From the NCBI GenBank assembly GCA_964016885.1, contig OZ024740.1, positions 62,868,001 through 62,932,000 on the forward strand: a stretch of 64,000 nt of DNA, in the 5' to 3' direction. The position numbers and the translations under genes were made by a program. The notes under the pieces were generated by a model. It did no database searches. It saw only the letters and a list, made by a program, of their open reading frames with translations, and was not told where the DNA came from. This document shows positions 50,507 through 64,000 of this stretch, one piece after another. Every line of letters starts with the position of its first letter. The stretch's first letter is position 1. This DNA is from Eledone cirrhosa. Its lineage: Eukaryota.

Positions 50507-53500
50507 TGTATGTATGTATGTATGTATGTATGTATGTATGTATGTATGTATGTATGTATGTATGTATTTATGTATGCATGCATGTGTGCCACAGTCTCAG
50601 CCATGTTCAGAGAGAACCAGTGAACTATGATCTCCATGGTATTGAAAAATGGAATGAATGTCGATCTGTAGCAGAACTGAAGCAGCATTTGAAGGTTCAC
50701 ACACAACTTGATGCAAGACCTGAGGCCAGGGATATCCATAGTTATGTGCGAAGGAGTGCAAATCTCTAGCAGGCTTGAAGAGCCATATCCGAGCGTCTTG
50801 TCACACATGTGAATCTGACAAGCGATTGCAATACTCTTAGCGTGAATTTGCAGCCATCATATATGTATGTATCTATACATGTGTGTATGTAAATCTATAT
50901 TCTCCATTTCTCCCCGCTTTTCTTTCTTTCCTTTTTTTCTTTTGTCTTGACAGTGGGAGTTCGGCTCTTCCGTGTTCGGACATATTGCACCTGTCACGTG
51001 GATCATGTGATAATTTCATTTTACGTCCCTCTTGAACGTAGGAAATGAATCTTCATTAAATTTACTACATTGTGTCACTGGAGTAACATAAAAATATACC
51101 ACATTCTTGTTTAATATTGTAAGCTTTTTGATGATCTTTATGATTTGATCCGAGTTTGTACTTGATTTATTTGCTTATCTGACTATTTAATTAGAGTTTT
51201 ACCCTGAGGTTTCTTTATTGATTGGTATTTGAGGGTTAAAATATTTAGTACGTATTAAATTGATATTGTATAGTTGAATAAATATTTCATACCGAGCTTA
51301 ACGGTTAGTATGGATCGCATTATTATATATCGAACGCTATGCTATGACGCATAGAGTTACGGCCGTTGCCATTCTGAGTTCGAATCCCGCCGAGGTTAAC
51401 TTTGCCTTTCATCCTTACGGGGTCGATAAAATAAAGTACCAGTAATGCACTGGGTAATTGCTGGCCTTGTGCCAAAAAGTAGAAACAATTATTATATATT
51501 AATTTTTATCCCAGCTTGCATTTCAACAGTGATTATATGTTCATCAGCCTTGGAATACAGGATTACAAATCAGTTTTAAGAATAAATATTGGCATTTAAT
51601 TAACATGTGAAGACGCATGCCTTAGTGGTTAGAACATTAGGCTTGCAATCGAAAGGTTGTGAGTTCGAGTCTCGGACCGGGTTGTGTCCTTGAGCAAGAC
51701 ACTTTATTTCACGTTACTCCAGTTTACTCAGCTGTAGAAATGAGTTGCGATCCTGCCAAATCAACGGGTGGCAGTAGTTTCAGCTGCACGCATCGAAAGA
51801 CTGGTGTAGTGGTTCTGAGAACAATGCGGCTTTGCAGATGATCAATGCAAATTGACAATGGAAAGGCGCTCCAGCTCGAGTTAGAAGAGAACTATTGACC
51901 TTCAGGAGAAGCAGCGACCCCTGATTGTATTCAGTAACCGAAACAAATATGAAGTACACCAAATCCAATGCTACTAGGGGTGGCCCTGGTTCTTCTTATT
52001 TGCGAGTGTAAACTCGGCTAGATTAGATTAGATTAGATTAATTAACATTTTGAATCAACTATATGTTAGTCTTAAAATAAATTTTGAAAAATAATTGATT
52101 TAATATCGATTATCAATAATATCGATTACCATTAATACAACTTTGAACTCATGTCAGATTGTCCAAACGTTGTATGCATGTTGAGTTGCGGAAAGTTTAA
52201 ATGAATATTTGAACATTATTCTTTTAAAAATAATGACATTGAATTAAAACGTTGAAGCTTCTGAATCATATGAAACGTAACCTAATTTTGAAACTGTTGA
52301 TTTAATAATTAACACATACTCCCATAAAAATATTCAAATATTTATCTTACTTTCAATTTTTAAAAGTAAGTCAGAGTTAATCAATAAGATAGCTAATCAC
52401 ACTTTATAGTTAATATAGCCAATATAAATTGGGATGATTTTGGTCCAAATGTTGAAAGCAACGGTTATGTTTCGGTCATATTAGACTTCTTCAGATAAGT
52501 ATAGTTTATTCAAATGGCAAAACTTTAAGTGGTCAATATATTTAGAAATAGAAGGAACGTAAGGAAGTTTCTTATGAATCCCAATAATATGACATGGAAA
52601 ATACTTCAGGGGAGCTTTCTGTATATTTAATACAAATCCGTTATCATCTCACATATGTAATATAACTTTCTTTATTTCGATACAGTAATTATATATGCCT
52701 AGTACCATTGCTTGTCTCCTTCCTATATATGCCTAACGCATTTGCACTCTCTACACGCTTGCATATGTACTGCTGGTGTCCTCGTTTTACGAGTAACTTT
52801 TCTCCTTAGTGCCTCTTTAATTATTATACTTTTCCTTTGTGATATCTGTCGCATGCATTCCACTCTTTTTAATTATTGTACAATTCTCTTGTAATATATG
52901 TCACATCCATTCCACTCTGTAATTACGAAACTGTTGTTGACAGCATTAATATCCATGTATCTATATGGTTGTTCAGTTGAATAGGAGGTTAACTATATGT
53001 ACAAACATTGCTAGTGCTCCGATGATCCCAAATGAAAGTTTGGAAGAAACGATTGTCAGCAATAAAATGATTTGAACATAACTTTGATTATTGTGTAATT
53101 TATTTCGATATATATATTTCGTAATATAGTCAGTTGAAACTGATTGATTAACTTAGATTATCTGTGCAATTAATAGAGGACAGTTCCCTGTAAGGTTCTT
53201 AAAATATAAGAAAAAAAAAACTCCATAAGATCAATTAATTGCGCGTGAAACTGGCCAACTGGCGAATAGAACTGACTTGTGTCAGTCAAATGTTCTCAAG
53301 TTACCCTCGCATCATTAAAACTAACAAATCAATAAGTTTATACAAAGAGCTATTTTCTCTGCAAAATACCTTCTATACGCGAATCAATCTATCGATACTG
53401 ACAATCCATTACTTTCACAAAGATAACACCACTATTATCTTTTAACTATTTTTATTCTAAAGTAAAGAGATTATGTAGACATCTAGAATCTATATCCCCC

Positions 53501-54799
53501 ACTTACATGTTTGTTACTAATGATTAGAAGATGATTACTGATTTGAAGCCATGATATTTGAAGACATTATATTTTCTTTGAAAGAATTTAATTAATTTCA
53601 AAACCTAATTATAAAACTATTAATTTTCATATTCGAACCCATCGGCGTATCGCGGTCTGAGAGGAAATACTCTGATAGTATGAGTTTTTCTTTATAACAA
53701 AAGACAGGAGTTTTATGTAGGACTTTATTTGGCATGGTACAAATGTATCTTGCTATGTTACTTCCCTCCTCATTCTGGTGAAGATAGCATAGAATACCAA
53801 AAACTATTAAATTAACAAAATATCCCAACTAATGAGCGAAATGTGAGGTAATTCAAAATATGATTGGAAACAATAGAATCGTGAGAACTGAATGCTTAAA
53901 ATTCACGAAGAAAGTGGTAAGATCGAATCTATGGCGAGACAAGAGAGCACTGATCCATTTCATATCAATTTCAAGCTATCATTATGACAGCTCAACATTG
54001 CAATGCCACTAGTAAATTGGCAACAACAAAACCCCCCAGAAAGTTAGGTGAAATATCATATTTATAAATGTATTTATGGATGCAGCATGGTCAAATAATT
54101 CAGAAAAAACTCGGTTCGCAATCATAAGGTCTTAGGAATACACTTGTATGTTGATTTCACGAAAGACTGCTCCATTGATCTAACAACTGGATAATCATTG
54201 TCGAAACTGACGGAGATCCATTCAATAAATGTATTTAGACATAAATTGATCATATAGATACATATATCATGAAGATAAAAATAAACCTAAATACAACTGC
54301 ATGTATTTAAGTGGTACGAAACTCTCAGGAGAGTTGGACAGCAGAAGGTTTTCAGAGAAACCCCCCTCAAGCGAGTATTTCGGCCGGTAACTTCTTACAT
54401 TCTAAAGGGGCCGGGCCGCATTGATGTTATGGGCGTCGTTTTGCTGGCAAACCTACATTTGGCGCAAAATCAATTTTTAACATTCACATGACCTCTACCG
54501 ACCAATCAAAATTGTTTTGACCACAAGAATTTTTTCATACATCTGGAGCCACTTTTTTTTTACATAAAACAGGTAGAATTTCCAAAACTAATCAGATTAG
54601 AGCAAACATCACGGGCGCTCTATCTCAAAATTATTTTTGAAAAGCATTAGAAATGCGCAACCGGTAAAACTTAAAACCAAAACTGAATAGTAACCAATAC
54701 TATTACTAATTTTTACTTATTCCTAATTAAACTATTTTTCACTGGGAACAATTTGTCAGCATTTTCTTTTCCTTTTACCAATATATATATATACATATA

Positions 54800-56208
54800 T
54801 ATATATACAATTAGAGAAAGTTGGTTGATAGAAAATCTGTCGACTTTTACATAACAGTTGTCAAGCATTCAACGCATTATGTCAATTCGGACTTTTATTA
54901 TAATAATAAACAAGTAAGACGGTTACCTTTGTCCATCCCTATTCATGATATTATACGTATTTCGAAGACATGGCTTTTGTATAACATCCGCCAACGTGTT
55001 CTCTTCAGATAAAATCTACATGAGATGCAAATATCCGCTGATATGCAACCGGTCACACGAGTTATTTACTTCGGCGATTGGCCAGCATATGCCTAAAAGA
55101 CTTCAGTAGTAGATCATGTATGAGTGGGAGATATATTTTACAGTTGGCGTTGCTGTTTTTGAACTGGCTAGAGTATCGGTTTACCGGATTGGTCAACTGG
55201 ATCAAAAGGAAGCATGTATGGACTGTTAGTCAAAGTTTTCTTTTTATGTCAGATTTAATTCACTTAGATACTATTTCAAATAGAGGCGGAAGTTATAATG
55301 TAACTAAATATAAAATAATTTTGAATTACTTATTTCATAGTCTATTTAACTTTATTTATCTTTTAACTAAATACCCTATGAAATGTCTTGCTGATTTTGT
55401 GCAGACAAGAACTAAAAATTTCCGAGCGTTTATAATGTTATGTCTAAGAATCTCTGTTACACTCTTTAGATATAGATGCATTCGTGTATGGAAAACCGTG
55501 AGAGAATTTTTGCCAAGAAAGGGAGTAATCAACATCTATATTTTTAAGTGACCAAATCAGTTCTGATAGGCCCGTGCTACATCTTTATCTTCTCTTTTAA
55601 ATGATGGCGATGCTTGTACCACCTTACCTTAAATCTAGTGGAAGTCGCACCAATATAACTATAAGATTTACTATTCGTTTTTACTTTGCATTCATAAACT
55701 ATATTATTATCTAGACAGTTATTATTTAATGGATAAATATTACGATTTTTACAGTTGCAATTATTTCTGTTACCATTCGACCCCCACCTCCCACCGCTGT
55801 GTCCGTGTGTCCGTAGGTCTATCTCATCTATGTTAATGGTGTTATTTCTGTTATCGAAATTGCTGTTTATTCTATCAGTGTGTCTATGTTTGCTATTGTG
55901 AGTTATCTCCCTATGTTTAATTCCCAGATTTCTATTGTTAATTTTCGCTATATTCTGGGCTATGCTTTTGGTAGTCGAGTAGGAAAGTTTAATTGCGTGT
56001 CGGTTAAAGATTTGACTGTATTTATGTGATCTAGGAAAACACCTATCTAATGCGTTAAAGAAAAGCCGCGTTAACTGCATGAAGTCTTTTTAGGCATATA
56101 CTGGCCAGTCGCCGAAGTAAATGACTCGTGTAACCGGTTGCATATCAACGGATATTTGCATCTCCTGTGGATTTTATCTGAGGAGAACACGTTAGCAGAT
56201 GTTATACA
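54800..56208 (-). mobile_element. Truncated Hydra-like PLE with inverted pseudo-LTR piece at its 5' junction
   Basis: ORF 55577-56080 (CNCKNR..PL...CL..NIVY..YIGATSTRFKVRWYKH). 54978-55105 is repeated inverted at 56080-56208. Left boundary is approximate. Confidence 0.8.
54949..55011 (-). ncRNA. Minimal type I hammerhead (family 7) in the pseudo-LTR of a Hydra-like PLE
   Basis: UAU CUGAAGA GAACACGUUGGC...GCCAUGUCUUC GAAA UACGUA UA^AUA: palindromic UACGUA, short stem I. Confidence 0.62.
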
Positions 56209-59200
56209 GTTATTCTCCAGTTGACTGGTGTTATTTTTTGCTGAATTATACAACAAAGACGACGATGAGAATGATGGTGGTGGTGGTGGTTGAAGAAGGA
56301 AGAAAACTAATTATTTCAAATATTATTCCATCTTATTTGCGGGCATCATTCTGTACATTTACATATTAGTTGTATAAGTATTTCGGCAGAATATTCTTAG
56401 AAAATTATGTTCATTGCTGTTCTCATACTAAAGAGAATATCTAGTAATCTAGTATCTGTGCCTTTCACATTTCTGTGACCAATAATGAAAGGATGATAAC
56501 AGGCTTGAAGCCATAATATTAGAAGACAGCATTTCTTGTCTGAAATTGTTGACGGAGGAATTTTAAGTAATCTGAGAACTAATTATCAAAAACACTAATG
56601 TTCTATATGGAAAAAAGACAGATATTTTCCATTTTCTAAGTAATGTGTGTTGTTCAATTAAATTTGTATGTTGAATTCTGAATGATACATATTGTTTCTT
56701 AATTTATTCTATGTACTTGCAAAGCTTGGGTGGCTATTGACTACAGTGTGCCATTTTAAAATAAGGATCCCATTTTGGAATGCTTGCTGTGTATGACGTA
56801 AATTTGACAAATGTAACAGAGCGAAAGATAAATATTTTGATCACTTGGCACAACTGTCTTGTTTCTAACATTTGGCCTGTTAATGAAAAAATTAAAAGCA
56901 TGAAAGGCACATTTCATTACTATTCCAGTAAATGTATGGGACCCTTGGGGCTGGTTAAAAGAAATCGATATGCAAGGTAAGAAAGGCGATTTTCAAATCT
57001 TAGTCAGGAGGAAGGGCAGTGTCCATTGATCCATTTTCAGATACTCCGAAACTGATGGAAGGGATGGAAAAATGTTTCTCCAAGTTAGAGATCTGACCCG
57101 AGTGCTTAAAACGAATTGAACCCAGTTAAAAACAATCGAGGGCTATGTGGTGTCTGTATATGTAAACTTGAGAACGAATGTATCACAGAATCTGTTTTAT
57201 CTCGTAGTTCAAATCAAGAATGTTACCAAATAGATTTTTTCCCACCATGGGAAATTTTCTAATTAATCAAAAGAAATAATAAAAAAAAATATTCACCGTT
57301 GCCGCTGTTTATTCTTAGATCAGTTCTGATTGAGCAGGTTTATGATTAAAGATGTTACATACATGACCATCTCGTCTTTTACTTTCAAACATAGTTTATC
57401 TAGGACTTCCTTATCCAACATATTCTTCTCATTTGCATAAGAGAGTGGAAAGTCCTTTGAGGAAGATTTGGCTGCTATTTCTAAAGGATGAAGGAATTGC
57501 ATTGAAGCATCTGCATTAGGGAAATATTCCAGGCTATTGTTTGTGATAGAAACTCACAGATGCTGGCAATAAAGAAGACATTTGGGTTACGAAATTATAT
57601 CCAGTTGAATTGAAACTATGTACCGAAAGGATGTTTTTATTTTCACCATAAGTTCTTTGTTAATAATTTGAATCAGCTGTTTGAAATATTGATGATATCA
57701 ACCCTCATTTGAGAAATGACCTTTCTTGAAAGAAGTTGAAAGAATTTGAAGGTATTTTCTGTCTGGATGAAAAACATGATGGCGTTTTAGTTTGACCTTT
57801 GTAGAGCCGCGTTTTACGATCTGGATTTAAGTAGTGGAGTTTATACGACAAATAATCATCCAATGTTTGACAGATTCCGCTTGCCTTTTACTAGTGTTCG
57901 CATAAGACATGTGGAATCAGAGATCACAGGATATATAACAAATTCACAAAAGGAATTGTATTTGAATTAAATCTATTTATAGAGAAGTGAAATTAAACTT
58001 TCTTATTGCTATGAATATATATTTATCAGGTGTTTTTCGAAGGTTATTGCGTACAATTTTAAGCAATCGCTTAATTACCAGAGGTGCCTAAAAGCACAGA
58101 ATCATTGGTTATATAAAAATATTCTAAATAGTATAATAATTTCCATATATCGCTTTATAAACATTGTATAAAGTTCTAGGCAAAGATTATCGGGATTTCA
58201 AATAAGTCAATGCTGGTTCCTCTCACGAGATTAGCTTAAACTCTGAAATGTAACATTATATAGAATCACAATGCATATATGATCATTTACAAGCAATTTA
58301 TTCCTTATATGTCGTTAAACAACAGCACATTGTAAAGTCCTAGAAAAACAATGTTGATCTCATGTTAAATTTCAAAGATATTGATAGATATTGACAGCCA
58401 CTGGGATCTGTCTAAAATGTTTGTAGATTACATCATCTAAATATTAAATACCGAGCCAAAATATAGTCTATTGAACATCAGTGATTCTATATTGTATGTA
58501 TCCAGGATTTATCGTGTTTCAGTTTATTTATAATGTTGTTGTTTGATTCCCGTGCATAAGCTTAATGGATTTAAAACATTTTAGTTCACACAGGCAATCT
58601 TTAAAACACAATTAAAGCATGATTATGATATAATTCAACGAGGGAAGATCCAACGAGAAATCGTTTATCCTGTTGCTCTACCTGCAAAAAGTAACAACGA
58701 AATTTCCGTCAAATCATACCCTACTGTCTTAGAAAGGGATGGGTCCATTAGTTAATGTTGTCGTGTTTACCATTCAAAAGACAGAATGGTCACAGTTGGA
58801 ATGCCTTTCATCATAGGTAAACTCAAGCAAGGTTGGTCTCTGACTGAACAAAAACAATATATATCCAATAATGTTTCTATGAGCCAATTAGTGGGCCTAT
58901 ATACGGTCGCTCAACTTGCATCAAATGTCAGGATGGTTAGGGCTGGAATTAATCATATATCTGCTCGATCAGGGCTGACGTGGGGTTAAACACCAACAAC
59001 ATGTCTATTAAATATTACATAGTTGCTCTATATCTGAAGCTTACTGGATAATTCACTTGGTTGATCTTGTTTCTTCCCACGTCATCCCTAATCGAGCAGA
59101 TCTATAACAGATGTGCCAGCTGTGATCATCCCATTTTTTCTTATTATTTAAGATAGCTGCTATTTCTTGCAGTCAGAGTGATCACTCAGTATCATGTAGA

Positions 59201-60083
59201 ATCGATAATCTACATTAAGTTTCGTGATAACGATGCGTAAGCAGTCATACATGGTAGTGATATTAACATAACAATAAGGTGTAGACATATTCTTCATTTC
59301 TAAAAGATCCCCTACGATGCCATACAAAACCCCTAACTCCTATTTAATAAATACTTTGCTCTCTGTTCGTTGCTATGCAGAGTTTACTGTTCTCATTACA
59401 TGAAATTAGTAGTCCTTTGATATTTGTTCCAAATTGCGAGTTTTAATAAAATGTGCTAATTATATGTTTGCAACACAGAATACCAAGATTGCCAACAACT
59501 AATAAAGGAGACCTCTACATAGTTGCTCGATCAGATATAAATAACAGCTCCTACAAATTACATACTACAGTCGTGAAAATAGAAAGGATACATTGGATAG
59601 TGATATGACAACTTTTCACAAAATTTACTTAACATCATGGCTTCTTTATTTACATTCCTCTTCTAATTCAATTGATATTAGAGGAGGGTAATTTGGGTCT
59701 CGTTCCATAAGAAAAGGCGTCAACCTCAAACTTTTCAGTCTCATCCAATAATTCTAATTTTTATTCTAGAAACATCATACCGCAGTAACAACAAAACAAA
59801 AACACCATTATTATGAATAACAACAGCAGTTATATATGATTTCTTCCCTTACACAAAAATAAATAGCTTATATAGAGAAATACAAATGTGTTATCAACTA
59901 CAATGACTGAGATTCGTTTGAAAAACGAAGTCATGGTGTAATCTGTTCTCACTCTCTGGTACATAGACAGACAATATGAAAAGACCATGTGTACATACTT
60001 CGATCACTTATTTGGAACGTAGATACAGCTGAACTATGACTGATACTAAAAACAAATTGTACTATATTACTAATATAGTAATA

Positions 60084-60265
60084 TAGTGAAATTCTGTTAT
60101 AACCAAATTCCCGGGGAATAAAAAATCTCGTTGTAACGAAAAATTCTTCATAACGAGACCGACTGAAACAAATCGAACATCTGTTATTACCTCAGGTATA
60201 GAAAAAAATTTCGTTATACTGAAAAATTCGTTATAATGATATTCGTTATAACGGAATTTTACCTG
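60084..60265. mobile_element. pogo/Tigger-like MITE
   Basis: Imperfect TIRs AGTGAAATTCTGTTATAAC / GTTATAACGGAATTTTACCTG with several subterminal CGTTATAA repeats. Confidence 0.6.
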
Positions 60266-60720
60266 TTAAAGATTCTCACACTACATTTGAATTTGAATTT
60301 GAATTTGAGCTGAGTGCTTTGCCATGGCTGAAAGAGAAAATGAATCGGATATATTCAAAATATATGGATCGAAATTCAGCTTTTACTTTCCGAAATTGCA
60401 CTCAAAATTGTTTCTATCTCTGTCTTAAACAATGTGTGATACATAGTATTGCATATTTTCTTAGTTCTTCTCCCTTATTTCTCTCTCCCTGTCCTTCTGA
60501 TTTTAAATAAAAATATTATATATTTTATATATTACACCTCAACCCCTCACACACACATATATATAAAACAATTGGCACTCCACCGATTATGACGACGAGT
60601 GTTCCAATTGATCCGATCAACGAAACTGCCTACTCGTGAAATTCTTGCAAGTGTCTAAGCATTCTACAGACACGCTTACCCTTAAAGTAGTTCTCAGGGA
60701 ATTCAGCGTAACACCGAACG

Positions 60721-60733
60721 TAACAAGGCTGGC

Positions 60734-60769
<36 letters not shown>

Positions 60770-60779
60770 GCCAGCCTTG

Positions 60780-60782
<3 letters not shown>
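60721..60782. repeat. Perfect palindrome centred on a (TA)n tract
   Basis: TAACAAGGCTGGCCCT(TA)nAGGGCCAGCCTTGTTA, followed by another (TA)n. Confidence 0.92.
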
Positions 60783-60840
<58 letters not shown>

Positions 60841-63800
60841 CGTGTATATCTATATATATATATATATATATTTGAAAAGAGAGTTAGGTTCTATACAAAA
60901 CAGGGGTTATAGAGAAAAAGTGGAATTGGAAATAGCACGGAAAATATATTTAAGGGTCTGTTGTTCTTTTTCTTCTTTGATTCGTCAAAGTTACATTATT
61001 GAAAAAACTCAGAGTAACAATTCTTTTAAAAAAGGTGTTTTATAATGTTTATAAAATATATAAAATATAACCGGTTTCGATGTATCAGTGTAAAACATCA
61101 AATGTTGAATATTACAATTAAAAAGAATTAAAAATTAAAATGCATCGACCACCAGTGTTATAGTCATAGATATGGCTTTCAGAATGTTTATTTAGATAAA
61201 CGAAATTCACATACATATTTGTATACAGCTATGTTTGAAGCTAAATTCTAATTCTCTCTCTCTATATATATATATATTCCGGATGATTTCTCCCGAATGA
61301 AACAGTTCTAGTCCTGTAGAAGCCATTTCTATATTGAATATATATATATATACATATATATATACGCATGTATGTTTGTGTGTGTGTGTATGTGTGTGTG
61401 CGTGTGTGTGTGTTTACGTTTACCATTCGACAAAAATATATCGCTAATATAAGTACTAGACTTTAGAAAAATAAGTACTAGGGTTTATACAGTCGACGAA
61501 ATCGCTTGAAGGCGGTACTCTAGTATTGCCGCAGCCTAATGACCGAAACCAGAAAAACAGTAAAAGAAGAATATTTGCAGTTAGCTCTGCACTGCTATTT
61601 TCGAAACCGAACAAGATAAAATTAAGCATCATATAGGTAAATTGGTAATTAACAACATTGCACGAGTATTGTTGCCAATGGGCAGACAGAAATATTTCGC
61701 TATTGCGTTATTTTTCTATGATTTAATCATTTGCTTCAGTATTTAATAAAGTTGTTTTAGTAATTCGTCTGCAAAGATAAGAAAATTATAATCAATTTAG
61801 ACGGATATCATGAATATAATACTGTACATTTGACACATTCACAAACACACATACGCACATACACAAATAAGTTACGCAAACACACACAAGCACATGGATA
61901 AGGTGTTACTACTTGAATGACCATTAAAACTACTTAAAGAGTATCGGACACTATGCTTTGTGGCATAGAGTTACGGCCTTTTACGCTCTGAGTTCAAATC
62001 CTGCCGAGGTTAGCTACGTCTTTCATCCTTTCGGGTCGATAAAATAAAGCAACAGTAATGCACTGGGTTGATTTAATCGACTTTTCTCTCGCCACAAATT
62101 GCTGGCATTTTACCTATAGTAGAAATCATTATTTAACTTATTATCCGATGGTTTGATGAAAGTACAGTGTAGAAAATATTCATGGTAGAGCAAATAGCAC
62201 GGTAGTTGTTTGGACCCCTTGAATCCGAATTTAAATACCGTTGAGAACAACTTTCGGAGTCGATCAATAAAGTATCAGTTCAAGTGTAGTGGATTAGCAG
62301 AATTGTTAAAGAGTCTGATGGGATGTTCTGAAGTATTTATTGCGGCTTTAATCGTTCTGTGGTAAGAAATTCTCAGGAGAGCTTGGCCAGCAAAAGTTAT
62401 TCCGGGAAGAAGCCCCTCTCATGCTTGCAGTTCGAGAGTTGCAACAAAGAGATAGTACCAGCCATGCAAATATTAATGGAAATATAACTTCCTTGGTCCA
62501 ATCTGACGATCGTCACATTTTGTTATATATATTTATAAATTAGTAGAACGAAAATGACAGAGGTTATTAAAGTCATAAAAGTAACAATTGTTTCTACTAT
62601 TGGCACAAGGCCAGCAAATACCCAGTACATTACTGGTACTTTATTTTATCGACCCCGTAAGGATGAAAGGCAGAGTTAACCTCGGCGGGATTTGAACTCA
62701 GAATGGCACCTACACACATCTAAATACGTACATACATGCATGCATATACATGCACGTACACATAAACATGCGCACACGTACGTACACCCACGATTGACAC
62801 ATGTACCCGCACACATACGAACGTATATACCAAATACACATATAAAATATGTGTGTGTGTGGGTGTGTGTAAACAAATAATTATATAAACGTATATAAAT
62901 ATACACACATATACAAACATACATACTTACATACATACAAGGGTTTCGTTGCATTCCATGCGTGGCTGTCTTCATTGACCAAACATTTATGCTCCACCAG
63001 CCATTCCACGCTCCACCTCGCTGTTTCGGTCTCACATTCTACACCGGAACCTGGGACTTGCGCAGTCAGAATGAACAGCAGCTCATTGCATTCTCCTTTA
63101 ATCTTCTCTCCACACTGCACCCTATACCAGTGTACCATCTACATGCACAGAGCGAAATACATGCACCACACAGAAATGCTCTTACACACACATAGTACCA
63201 TTGCGCATACAACCTACAACTTTAAATCTCTTGCTAATACACACACATGTAGAAACACACATATACTCACATACACACGCATTCGTACATGTTTACACAC
63301 ATTCTCATATAACGTCGTATATTGTTGCGTTGCTATGACGATCTAATGGTCGTTATATGTTGATTTTTTCACTCCTGTTATTTTACCTTTTGGAGTCAGG
63401 TTGTGTTTTTTTACATATATTTTTATTTATATTTGATACACGCATTCACAAACCATATACGTATACGATGTTAATACACCTAGACAAACCTACACACCCC
63501 CACGAACAATGAATGCATCACCCCAATAGCTATAAATACAAAGAAAAATGAAATACAACACTCACGCACTCACATCTTTTATCCTCTTGTAATTTGTGAA
63601 CTTCATCTTTGTGTTACCCTTCATGAAGAACTAACGTCTGACAATATATTTATGTATAATAATTGTTTTTACTTTTGGCACGAGGCCAGCAATTACACCA
63701 GTGTATTACTGGTGGTTTATTTTATCGACCCCGTAAGGAGGAAAGGTAAAGTTAACGTCGGCGGGATTTGAACGACAGAAAAGGGCTGTAACTCTAGGCT

Positions 63801-64000
63801 GCAAAGCATGGTGTCTGACGCTCTACTGATACTGCCAATCCACCGCCCTAACACACACCAGTCTCACTGTGATTGTTTTAAGACGTAATCGTATCATTAT
63901 GTACGTATTTCATTACTAGTATCATTCCCCAGTAGCGTTTATTTCCAGTATACTGGATGGGGTTCTAAGTTTATGTATGTATGAATGTATGTATGAATGT

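Noticed and set aside
56300-60000. Short ORFs in the repeat-poor stretch
   Set aside because: No recognisable domains or exon pattern. Looks like old intronic or intergenic DNA.

Overview
AT-rich, microsatellite-dense eukaryotic DNA with no confidently identifiable host gene. The dominant tRNA-derived SINE resembles octopod cephalopod SINEs, so the taxon is inferred, not shown. The window is almost all mobile DNA. It holds a young 7.8 kb Penelope-like retroelement (PLE) composite (RT plus GIY-YIG endonuclease, Naiad-like) arranged as inverted plus tandem copies inside a (TA)n tract, and remnants of a second PLE lineage with a CxC...CxLC endonuclease (Hydra-like). It also holds a nearly intact R4/Dong-type RT plus restriction-like endonuclease LINE, a Tc1 transposon with IR/DR ends, hAT and pogo MITEs, Helitron ends and many SINEs. 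The main signal, invisible in the ORF track, is non-coding: by eye I find 14 type I hammerhead ribozyme (HHR) motifs in about 7 unrelated families, plus a family whose core has the compensatory U3-A8 change. They occur in PLE pseudo-LTRs, in a 322-nt circularly permuted retrozyme-like unit that also carries a CTCF-like site and an octamer motif, in 701-bp tandem units, and in fold-back palindromes with one ribozyme per strand, mostly inserted in (TA)n. Clade names, ribozyme activity and mobilisation partners are inferences that need alignment and experiment. Boundaries were read by eye and may be off by a few bases.
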